From Phoronis australis (taxonomy: Eukaryota > Animalia > Phoronida), in the NCBI GenBank assembly GCA_002633005.1, contig NMRA01000266.1, forward strand, positions 198,544-262,543: 64,000 nucleotides of DNA, read 5' to 3'. Positions 37,054 to 49,300 of the stretch are shown one piece after another. Each line of letters opens with the position of its first letter. The stretch's first letter is position 1. The notes beneath the pieces were generated by a model. It worked only from the letters and a program-made list of their open reading frames with translations. It ran no database searches and had not been told where the DNA came from. The position numbers were made by a program, and so were the translations under genes.

Positions 37054-39059
37054 TCTTTTAAAGTGAACGTTTCACTGAACGATGAAACCTTTGTGAGACA
37101 CGTTTTCTGCAAAACAACCTGTTGACAGGTCATCACAAACACATACGCATCCTTCAAGCTAACTGTATTATACCAGAACAAGATTCTTGAGTATCTTGGG
37201 AACGCATTGTCAATCATGTGGAAGTTGTCTATATTAATCAAGAGAATCGCGATTAATAAGCCGGCGGTCACATCAAGGAAAAAGCGGCCGCCATTGTTGA
37301 CTGTGGTCAACGTCTGATATCATGGGTTAAAGGTTAGCATAACAATAGATATTTGAAGAGAATTTGCCCGTCTTAATGAAGGTACTATCTATTTCCCTGT
37401 CTTACCTCACTACACTAATCCAGTGTATTCCTCCAAGTTTCTGATGAATCAAGGTAGACCTAACCCCAGTTCTTCAACACGAAGTAACTCGTTGAATAGA
37501 CACGAAATATGATACCGTCAGAAATACCTTATTAGTCTCTATGGTGTCGCAGAAGTCCCCGGTGAAAGAAAATTACAATGAATGAAGTCCAGCTGGTTTT
37601 CTTGCGCAGCGATGTCTAATTAACTGTTTACAGCAGACTGACGAAGATTCATGTCCACCGGCTGAACTCAAAATCGTTACGCGACGTAAACATATTGCTT
37701 GTTTCCTATCCAGCGTAATCTAGGATATCGTTTCTGATAGATACTCAAGGTCAATAGCGAAGAATCGATGATTGATTAGAAATTCATTGTCTGAAAGGGA
37801 GTGTTTGGTGGTTAGGTACTCCTAGTTACGTATAATCTATGATGTTTACTTCGTATTAGTAAATATATTGATTTAGCTGGGACTACCGTGTCTTTGTGAC
37901 GTGGCGCGGTAACTAAATCTCCTACGGTATTACTACGTGTTACCAATGAACCTGAGAACAACAGCTCAATATAACATGCATTCAGTTCAATAAGGCTATT
38001 TTCGAGAAGATTTCCTTAAATACGCCATTTCCTGAAAATTTTCTATTCTGATTTATATTTTAAATACACGGTCGGGTACTTAGATTTTACAGAAAATGCA
38101 AATTGATAAAATGGAAAAAAATACTGATGAGATACATCCGCTTTTGGTGCCACGTAGTGGTTTTTAGAAAAGGAACGGGGTGAAGTTGTCTACTGAGTGA
38201 ACAAGTTATAGAATGCACAGCAGTGGCGGTATGAGGGGGGCAAGGGGGCCATGGACCCCCTAAAAATCTCCCAGATACCATTTGGCATTTCGGGGTGCGA
38301 ATTGCTGACTAGCATATGCGCGCACCCATGGGGAATCGAGGGGCGAATGCACAATGCATAGGCCTTGATCAAACCCCGTTTACCTTTTTATTTTATTTTT
38401 TTTTTAGTTATTATGTTCACAAACCCAAAAATTTGAGACCCCTATAATCCTACATTTTAGGTTGGGCCCGCGCATGTGGTGAAATTCTGGTTATTCCTCT
38501 GCCCTGCACCCCCCCTCCCAACTCAAAATCCTGGATCCGCCCCTGCACAGTGTATGGTATACGTGCAAATGCCGTGCAAATGCCGTGCAAACGCCGTCTC
38601 ATCTCTTCCAGTTGGCGGGGTGTACTCATTGACCACGTTTGCTTAAGCCACTGAGCGGCGCTTTAACAGACACGGAAGCGGTCACCCTTTACAGTCAGCG
38701 GAAGAGTAACGAAATGCGTTGTTCCAATCTAGCGTAAACTAATGGACGTCGATTCCGGAGAACGAAACGAACGTTTGAGCCGGTCGCACGCTTGTTCAAT
38801 AGCGACGGGTGGGTATGTGTGCGAGCAAAACCCGTCTCCAACGATCGATGCGTCATGAACATAACCCAAAATTAATTGACCGGATACTGGTATGTGTAGG
38901 ATCACATGACACGCCCATTTCAATAACTTATTTCCGAACATCGATTTTGGACGTAAATGACTTCCATTCTCATACTTGACGAGTGTGAGTTAAGTGCTGA
39001 GGCTTAATGATATCTCCAGGACGGTAAGGTTAAATGTTTCTCGTCGGTTCCATTGGCTA

Positions 39060-39215
39060 TTTTCTCTTGAGCAATTTTGCCTGACAACACCACGTATTTC
39101 CAGTACACAAGTTGTTTCTACAAACAACAACGCCGTGCTGCCATAGGCTCGCCCATTAGCTACCCTCATTGTGGCTAATGTATACGTGGGAAGTTTCGAA
39201 ACTAAGGCCAGACGA
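39060..39215 (+). mobile_element. Penelope-like reverse transcriptase remnant
   Basis: TTYFQYTSCFYKQQRRAAIGSPIS / IVANVYVGSFETKA resembles PLE RT motif YxQxxGxAMGSPxSPxxANxYMxxFE. Confidence 0.7.
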
Positions 39216-40169
39216 CGGGTGGACACTTGAGCTCATGTAATTAACCTTTTTCATAATTAAAACACTGATCAGGGTTCTCTACATGCTGAACATACAAGAA
39301 GGATTTTTTTAATGCAAGAAAAGGAACAAAGACGGGTACCGCTTGTTCAGAGTTAAGAAAAAATGTTTTGTAATCGACCAGAAACTGGGGATTGTGTTTG
39401 GTTCGAACAAAGATTTGTGAAAATACAAGTCAAGCGCGACGAAAGTGTGCCGGAAATCGTCACTAAGTGGACATTTCTGCCATCAAGCAAACATAAACGT
39501 GGGTGAACTGAAAACATCCGTGACTGCGAGACACTTCCTTCGGAAGTAGTTGCTTCGATCGATAACTAACCCAAGCAGACGTTAGGTAGAATTTATACTG
39601 TAACGCATAAACAAACAGAAGTATTTATTTACTTGGTTAGACTTTGTCAGGCAAAATACAATGCTTTCCCAAACATGAAAAAATGACCTTTTCAAGACAT
39701 CGGGGAATTAAACTTCTTAATATTGGTTTATAATTTATGTTTTCCAATTCCTTTCACGATTTTCATGGCACCATTTCGACAACCCTAGGCAAAAATGCGA
39801 GGTTTTGTCAGCTTCTGAAATGTGCTTCAAGTATTTCATCACCATAATGCTAGTTTTCGTTTCATTTATTTTTTTTTATTCAATAAGTAAACGCATAAAT
39901 CATATATGGAGTGGGTAAAATTCGTTCTCATCGAGCAAAACCACGTCAGTATCCACGCACTCTTGCGAGTGAACAAGTTGCCTTTACACCACAAGGGGGG
40001 GCAACTGTCTACCGTTTCATTGCTACATCATTAATCGAGCCACTGCAATCTAGTCTTCCACGAACTTCAAAAATATAAACAATTAACGATGACTTTCTTT
40101 TGAACTCCAAGCGTTAAGTCATTACAGTCCAAGCTACTTTCTTGCACCAAGACAACAAGTATCAACATA

Positions 40170-40300
40170 TTACGCTTTCCCGAGTTCTTTCAACATTTGT
40201 CCTTTCAGAACGCGTCTCAAGATCTTGCCGCTTGCCGTCTTCGGTATCTCGTCAACAAAATGAACGCCAGCTCGTAGTTTTTTAGATGGTGCAACTTTCA
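40170..40300 (-). CDS. 4CL-like exon 10 (catalytic Lys motif, stop)
   Basis: [42 protein letters not shown]. Confidence 0.92.
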
Positions 40301-43300
40301 CTAAAATATAAACAAATACTTAAATTTCCAAAATAGCAACAAAAAACGCGAACTTCGAGGTGTTTCGTAAGCCCGATAAAGGTTATTTTGAAAAGATGAG
40401 TCACAGAAATCTGATTGGCAATATCAAGATTCAAGTGGACGTATTCAAAAATTGTGGAACTACAACATCATTGACCCATGACCGAATGATTACGTAAAGT
40501 CAGATATGTACATTTGGTAATAGACGAACCCTCACTTATATGTCGTTTTAGTATCCAGATTAAACATCATAGTAATTTAAATTCAGCGCCTGTTGCCAAC
40601 TTACTATTCACAAATTCTAACACGTCAGTTTCTGTGAGCTTGTGGCCCTTTTTCGCAACCACGTATGCACGAGGTAGCTCTCCAGCTTCTTCGTCAGGTA
40701 CACCAATGACGGCCGAGTCCTGAACAGCGGGGTGAGTCAACAGGAGACCCTCGAGTTCAGCGGGCGGCACCTGGAATCCTTTGTATTTGATCAATTCCTT
40801 CAGACGATCCTTAATGACTATGAAACCATCCTCATCGCTATACCCGATATCACCTGCAAGAAAAGGCGAACGATGAAAACGTCGAGTCTTCATCAAACGT
40901 GTTGATGAATTATTATCCGTGTTCTTACGCAAACACAAACTAATGGATTTCGAGAACAATGCACTTGCTCCGATTTCCCTACTTGAACGTTGATTCATTT
41001 TTTATTTTCACGTTAACTTCCAAAGGGTTAATGCATTGTCGCGTACCATTTGGCAAAGACAATAGCATAATGTTTAACAGTATTAAAGTAATACGTGAAA
41101 GCTCTGTATCTTTTGACTATGAAACGTGTGAAGGTGAGATATCCCTTTTCTTATTTGTGAGTGATTTGTCAAAGTCTAACGAGGAGATTGGCTTTACAGA
41201 GTCGTTCTCATCAAAAATTGAAACAGTATCGCGCACAAGTACGCTAAAGCGTGGGTACCACGCTAACTGATAGAACCTATAATAGTTTTACCTCAAAAGT
41301 ATCTGGAAAGTCGTAGTGTTTTGGGTCTTTGACATAAAGTGAGGATTCCACAATGATTTATTGAGCAATATTTCAACTATATATATAGTTCCTACAGTTC
41401 AGCAAAAACAAACTCGCCAACAGAAGTCAACAAAATCAGCTTCTCCTTTTGTCACTCTGATAATACCTACAAGCAATTGAATTACTGTTGTCACACAGAA
41501 CATAATATGCCGAATGAGGTCGTATCGAAATCACAAGGAATTGTTTAACTTGCAACATGTTTGCGACTGGTGTAATCCTGTCGCAAGGTCATCCCCTATA
41601 GGACACTGCCATTGTTTTTCTTTGTTGCGTTATTGTTTGATGTAATACTACAGGTCGCACGGATATCGTACATTAGCAGGTCATCGATAAGTGATTGCCA
41701 CGATCTTAACTATAACGTAGAGAAACAAAGTGAACGATGGTTACGACTATCTACCGACCTCTATGCGACCAGCTTGCGACCTAGTTCCCGAAAAAGCACT
41801 TACGGGAAATCATTATATGCGTTATCCCTGCTAAAATGTCACTATTCCAATCTTGTTGCCTCTAATATCCCGGTTTCAATTGAATGTTGAAATCAATTCT
41901 ATAGTGCTGAGGTAATATTCAGCAAAGTTTGATAGGCTTGACCACCATCAGCCGATTTCATAAAGGTGGTTTAAAGTTAAACCTGGTTTAAACTGGACTT
42001 AGACCAGGTTTAAAGATAATCTGCATTTCATAAAGGTGGTTTAACTTTAGACCAGTGATCTACTAAAACCTGGTTTAACTCCAGTTTAGACCTGGTCTAA
42101 GCCAGTTTTCATTTCACCAACAAGGGTTATATTCCTCAGACCTGTATTAAGATCTTAAATCAGGTTCAACTTTAGACTTGGTCAGACCCAGGTTTAACTG
42201 TTAAATATGACAGACTTGCATGATACAGGTGCAATTCAATGATGCCGCGGTGTGCAACTGTGACGCAGTTGTAGAGCGAAAATGGACTATTTTCAATATT
42301 CAGTTTTACGACGACACAAGATCAAACGTAGTAGGGCCGGAACCCTCGATTTTTAGGGTAGGGGTCGGTCAAAGGCTTTTTAAAGGGGGGACTAAGTGAA
42401 CAATTTGAAAATTATAGATTTGATATCACTAAAATCAAGGGAAAAAGGGGGTCCGGACTCCTTGGATCCGCCTATGTGGACCAGTACGTGCTGGATGGTG
42501 TCCTGCGGACTCCTCAGAATACGACTGATCGAGCAGGGCGTCGTCGTCCTAAGCGCTACGGGTCTGACTGAAGACAGCATCCCAGTTCTAATTCTTCTGA
42601 GTTCCACCTCTATTGGTCTCCGATTTAATGTTGCCGGAAAGGGGTCTTGGCCCCCTTTGGCCGCGAAAAGTAAACATTAAAATGGCACGGTAATAAATTT
42701 GGACATTTATCATGTTGCAGCTAATCGTAAGCCTGTACTTTAATGTTTTAATGTGTGTACGTGCGTTGGGCACAGACATTACATTTTTCCTCATGAGAAA
42801 AGCTTTTAGACCTTTTTCGTAACTGTCTGCACTGATTCTACTAGTGTGTGCCATTGCATACCCACGTGATCAAGGTTTCACTGAAGCACTTCAATAGTGT
42901 CTTTGTTGGGTTAATCCAGATCGACAGAGCAGGGTGGCTTAGATACTTAAAACTTGGTTTTACTAAACCGGCTTCCTGGTCCAACAAAACCAGACTTTCA
43001 GACTTTTAAACCACGTTGGTGAAATGCAAGTTAGGTCTAAAATTAGACCAGGTTAAGTCTTAAACCTGGTTTTGTTAAACCACCTCTACGAAATTGGCTG
43101 CATATGTCTTGCATTTACGTTACAGCAAGTATAATCAACCGCAATTCAAAGCAGAGAACGAACATGCCAAATTCTCTCAACCTGTATGCAGCCAGCCATC
43201 AGCGTCAATGGTATCGGCAGTTGCTTCCGGATTGTTGAGGTAACCTTTCATAACTTGAGGGCCTCTGATGCACAATTCGCCAAGTGAACCGGTACGCACC

Positions 43301-46300
43301 GATTCTCCGCTGTCTAAATCGACAATCTGAAGTGCAGGTAGGTTATGTTGGTTAAAAGACACAGGCATCTAACGATTTGCAAGTCACATTCGATACAAAC
43401 TCTTGTCAGTTTCGAACAATTAAGAACCAATAAGACTTGAACCAATGCGATCGAGGTTTTACAGGTGTGACTGACCTCGATAGAACGGTTAAAAGTCTTG
43501 GTAAGCTTGCAATATGGCAGCTTTTCAATAGGGTTCTCGAACTTGTTCCAAGCTTCTGAGCAAACAGCATTATCATGGTTCTAACAAGTGAAAAGTGTTT
43601 TTAGTAGTTTCATTTAGTTTGGTTAACTTGTCACAGTACCATTTTTGAGATGCATTATAAACAAGTCAAGATGCCCTTAATCTTCCTTAGAAAATCTTTT
43701 CACGAGTTCTTAACCAGTGACAATACATGTTAAACGTAAAAACACGTACTTGGCAATTATAACAAATTTTAACTGTTTTACATTTGGAATTGTGAATAGT
43801 CTGTTCATATAATGTGCCTCACAAGTCTCAACACTTGGACTAAGGACGATCCCAAGCTTTGGGGGTCTTAGGTCAGATCTCACTAGGGGTCACTTTTCAC
43901 CAGCTGTCGTTCACTGTACTACTGTGCATGGGTAGAGGACCCCTGGTTTGTTAGAGGCCCTAGGCACCAGCTTCTGTCGCCTAATGGTCAGACGACCTTG
44001 TGATATGCCTAAATCAAGTTGTTAGTAGGCACAATCCCGTGAAAAATCCGTTTATGCTCTTTCCATCAGTGATAAAAGTCGGGTTCCCTTTACTCGGAAC
44101 ACGTCGGGTATTTTCGAGCCTCAGGGTTTCAATTTCAACTTGAGATTGTGAGCTTACGAATACCCGAGACATTCCGAGTGGTCTGTACACAGTATTTCGG
44201 AGCACATCAAATGGCGTGAAATTTACCAATGTCAACAGCTTCAAAATCGGAACTACGGAAGTAACCGTGGTGTTCTGGATGTTTTTCTCGTGGAAATGGT
44301 TGATTGGTCACAGATGCTCACCTTGCACTGTGTATGTCCCACCGTACAACCAATGCTGTGGTACTTTGTGCTCCCAATGGGTAAACAGTGTGTTACAGGA
44401 CTTGTTTCTGTAAGCCCGTAAGCTAAACGAGAAAAAGTAGGAGCATGTGATCATTAACAGAAAGTGATGTAAACAAGATATGTCACGGTTTTCGACGACC
44501 AACGGTGGATTTAAAGCCGCTTTAAATGACAACTTTTGCTATCTTCAGGAGAGTGTCGAGTTGACTGCGAGAAGAGAATACTGTTACATGTAGCAGATGC
44601 ACTCTAGTAGCATGGGGTGACACATACTAAGCAGGCCGTAAAATCTACAAAATAGCTCTTTGCCTACCTTGCTTGAAACTGGGAACGTTTGTATTTGATA
44701 GGAATTCATCCACTAGCTCTTTGCTGATTGGTGCAGCTCCACATGTGACCTCGTGAAGACTACTGAGGTCGTACTTTGACACCAACGGATGCTTGGCCAT
44801 AAACAGGACAATAGGGGGCACCAAATTCGCCATTGTTACCTGGGGAAATAACTCCTCACAGTTATCTGTTTTTGCATAATTTGTGTTAAAGCTACGTGGC
44901 AGTGTGTTGACGGACATGGGCTGGAATACTCATAAACATAGGCGGTGGTTTAGTGATATTCGATTTTGGTGCAGGCTCATTAAATGTAACTTGCCTAGGT
45001 CCAGATTGCCGACACTATACAGAAATTTCAAGTCAACTCTGGTCTTGAACCATATATTGTATTCTAGCCTAAGCCGCATGGAACGAATGGCTATGGTTGC
45101 TTTCAGGTCAGGTGCTGCCCCCTATTGAAGTTGGGCTACTGTAGGAAGACATTGCGGCCTGATGTCAGAAGATAGAATCTGGAACCGCTGTCATTTAGCG
45201 GTAGTTGAAGACGAAGTTCATGTTTTAATACAGTGTTCAACTGACCTTGACCTTAGATCAGATTTATTCAATCGATTAAAAGTCAATCTTACATCTTTAA
45301 ATGGTGAAGAAAATTGTTCTTCGTCATGAGTTCTAATAATGTGCGACACCTGCCGTTCAATTTTAAAGTAATGCTAATAGTAATAGTTCCTATCTTCATG
45401 ATTTCATAGTGGTCGCTAACAAGTCTGCAAAGACACAGACTCTGCTATTTCAGCATGTGCTTGTACTTTTTACTGGACACGTTAATAAAGCTTATCTTAT
45501 CTTGTCTAGAAATGATCAAGACGAACGTGAGAGCGATGTCCACGACGGAAATGATGTATATGAACTTACAGTTTATATCCAGAGGAAAGCAAAACAGCAC
45601 AGGGAGCCAAAACTGACCTCAGGTTCGTGCTTGTGTACGTCCTAGCGGCAGACTGGTCGTATGAGTGTTCGGGCAATGCCAGATGGATCACCCTCAGCGC
45701 CCCCTCCCCCCATCTAGGATTCAGCCTCGTCAGGTGTATAGTTAATTTTTCACTGAATTGGAAGCTGTTCATTCCTTTCACGTCTCATTTTGTTCTACAT
45801 GTATGCTTACCGTGTCATCAAAAACCTTCCCGCGTGTATGTTCTATTTCATTTCAACGTTCTAGATGAACAATAAGTGTATGACATTAAAACAGAGTTAG
45901 GTAAGTGCATCTTTATTGACAAGTGCGTTACTCACTTTGTATTTTTGAATTGTGTCTAAGAAGACCTCTGGTTCAAAACGAGGCAACGTGACGACCTTTG
46001 ACCCCGAATACAGTCCGAGTAACATCGTGACCACTTGCCCGTAAATGTGAAAGAATGGCAAAATGGCGACGAACGTGGCTGGCTCATTATATTTGTTGGC
46101 TAGTTGCATAATGTCCGGTTGACTGAAAGTAAGAAAAGCAAGATCACGCAAAATCACCTTATAGTAAAACAGCGAGCATTTTGTGAGTACTCGAGGTCGG
46201 TTAAAATACTCCGCAATTTGTTAAATGGAGTTTGTACCCCGAACATCAGTCTGCGACAACGAGGGTGGAGGTTCGACTCCGCAATGAGGGTGATCTCGGA

Positions 46301-49300
46301 AAATTTCTTTACTCGCGTAAATTAGCAAAATGGCCACTATTAAAATACACTCCAACTGGGCACTAAGACTGCACTGATGACTTTCAACGTAAGCTGCAAG
46401 TAAAAATGTTATTTCCTTTCCTTACGATTTCGCGTCGCAAGTGCTAATGGAATACACCCTTTTTAGCGATGTTCAGTCCTGGCAGGAAATACGTCATAGA
46501 AACCTATGTAGTCTTCTTTCCCAGGATGCGACCATCAAAACTACTGGTACATAGCTTTAAGGGCTTTTTCCATTAAATATTTTCAATACTTTTTTAAAAG
46601 AACAGTATCCACCGTAGCTAATGACTATACATGTACTTAGTACTCTAACTCACCAGATTTTTGTAAATACTCAAAACTCCTACAGTATCTTTGTTGAATT
46701 CCAAAACACGAGCAATTGCACTTTCCTTAATAAATTTCCAGAAACATTTTTACAAATTGGCCTTAGTTTACTGAGGCGTGCGGCTTCTGGAGTTTTCAAA
46801 CTAAACGAGACAGAAATCGACAGACACGTGTCAAACGTGAAAGGACTTTCGTTACTGTAGGTCATATCTTATGGCTACTCGTGGGTTTGGCACTATGGGA
46901 AATTTAGTAGGATATATAGTCACTGTGCAAAATCTGTTATTTGAAATGAATGTACTATAGAATGTTTTATTAATTAGCCACAGAGTCGTAAAATACAAAC
47001 TGGTTTTATGTGCTTTTGGCAACTTGTGACGAACCCCTGAAGTCTTTATACTGTTTAGGTTTACTGGATCCGTTTGCGAGCATAACGCGGTGCGCAAGAG
47101 CAGCGGATTGTGGAAAATCGTTCCTTCGCAGCAGGCAAAATACACGCGTTTCCGGCAACCAGTACCCTCTGCGCTACCTATATTCAAAGTGGCCCTGTGG
47201 AAAGATGATGAATACACACTGAACTTCGCGTGTGGGCATCAATGCACATGTTTACTGATCACATCACCACCACTTGCACACGCCTTTATGTACATGTACT
47301 GTATTTGTTTGGGCTTAAGCCACGAGATCGGGGTTCTCTTGATTTTTTTTACTTCGATCACTGCCCGTTTTCATAAATTGCAACTGTTCAAGTCAAAAGT
47401 GGTCGCCATACTACGCTTTAGTAAACTGAAAGTGGTGTGCCAGCCTCCCGTTTAGTAACGCTAGGACCTAGCTTAAAAGCAAGACTTTGCGAGATTACGC
47501 GAGATATTGCCGTGTATTTTAAATAAGAGCACGTGACCTTGACTAGCTTTTGGCTAGGCCCTAGCGTAGGTCCTAGCCTCTACTGAACGCACGCCAGATT
47601 TCAAACAATGGGAGTGACTAAATGTTATGACGTCGGTTTCGCTACGTCACGCGACACTGACAACTAACCTCAATTGCTGTACGTTGGCTCCAATGGAATA
47701 ATGTGTCAACATAACGCCCTTGGGAAGACCTGTTGTGCCGCTGGAGTAAGGCAGTGCGACTAGATCCTCGCGGGGGTTCAAGGAAATGTTTTCTGGAAAT
47801 GCACTGTCGTCTTCTTGTAGTAGAGATGAAAAAGAGCGACAACCTTCGGCTTCGCCAAAAACTATGATATCCTGCAGTGTGAAATGTCGATTGACAAGCT
47901 ACAGTATCATGTTGTTTGCGAAACACCCACGACACTGGGGGAAATTAAATTAAGTACAAGACTTGATAGTGCCACTGAAAACAATTCACCCATTCGAAGT
48001 AGCCATCTAATTTCTTTCACTAGCGGTCATTTTGATAAAGTTGTCTAGTTACATCCAATATTGGCTAATCAAACTTGAAAAATCTTACGTCATCTCGCCA
48101 AACGCATGTAGCACATACCCCAGTCGGTTCACAGGTCTAAATTATCTGACATTAAATATCAAATCGCCAAATCAGACTTAGGTGCTATCAAACTATTATG
48201 TTATCAGAGCTGGGGCGGGTGCCCGGTCGTAATCGTTTAGTTCACCGTGTACCGATATATGGATTGTCACCTTAACGTGAGGACATCTGCTCTTTGCCAT
48301 CTGGGCGCAGTGTATTCCCATCGTGGAGCAGGCGATTAACTTACTGTTGGAGTGGCAAAGCTGTTTTTCTAGCTCATCTGTAAAAATAGGATATCTGAAA
48401 CAACCGTGGAGCTCGATTACGGAAGTAAAACCTATCAAGGATCAAAACTCTGTTGCTTTTTCTGCAACACGAGACTTGTACACGTCAAAATCCTTCCTCC
48501 ATAGTTGATGGAATTAAGGCTTTATTGAACAACTCATGTCTGAGAAAGACATTTGAGTGGCGATTAATTTCAGGCGAGATGTCAACTTACCAACTGTGTA
48601 CAGTGGGTTTGCCGCGGACACAACGCCACCTATTGCTGAGACAGCGAGGAACAACACAGCGTACTCCGGTACGTTGTGACTGAACAGGCACAAGACGTCG
48701 CCCTGACGGAACCCCATCCGAGTTAAAGCGCTTCCCACTCGCCGCACACTCTCGGTTAGCTGGTTGTATGTGTACGACCGACCCGTTTGGCCATCTACCT
48801 AAAAATCAGAAGAACACCGTGCACCGTATCAACAAATCTGACTCGTTTGGCCATCTACATACAGTGGAAGAGAGCGTGCGCTCTCGTGTAAATTGAATAG
48901 ACGGTTCCATGGCTGTATCCAGTAGTTGACCGTGAATGAGAAACTTGAAATCCCATAGATGTCGCATGTTAAGCGAGGTACCTCTCCATATGATTATGAG
49001 TATTCAGAGATATCCTGTGATTCCCTTATCTCACAAACACCCCATGCTGGCGGAGTGCTATCTGCTCTATTAATAAAAAGATGGACCGATGAAAAACCAC
49101 AGAGTTATCGCTGAATCAGCCTTTTAGCTAAAGGAAGCATTGCCTTTTCATTGTGGTTATGGACATTTTGGCATGGTTTACTTAATATAAAAGACATTTC
49201 CTTAAGAATAAAACAGCAATTAATAAAAAATAGTATGAGTCGCATTAAGGGAGTTCATGCAAAACATCGGTGTGTGTTTTCTCGCTTGGCGTTCTGTTGA

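Noticed and set aside
40567-40604. SKL peroxisomal signal in read-through of 4CL-like exon 9
   Set aside because: It is intronic, not C-terminal, and would remove the catalytic Lys exon.
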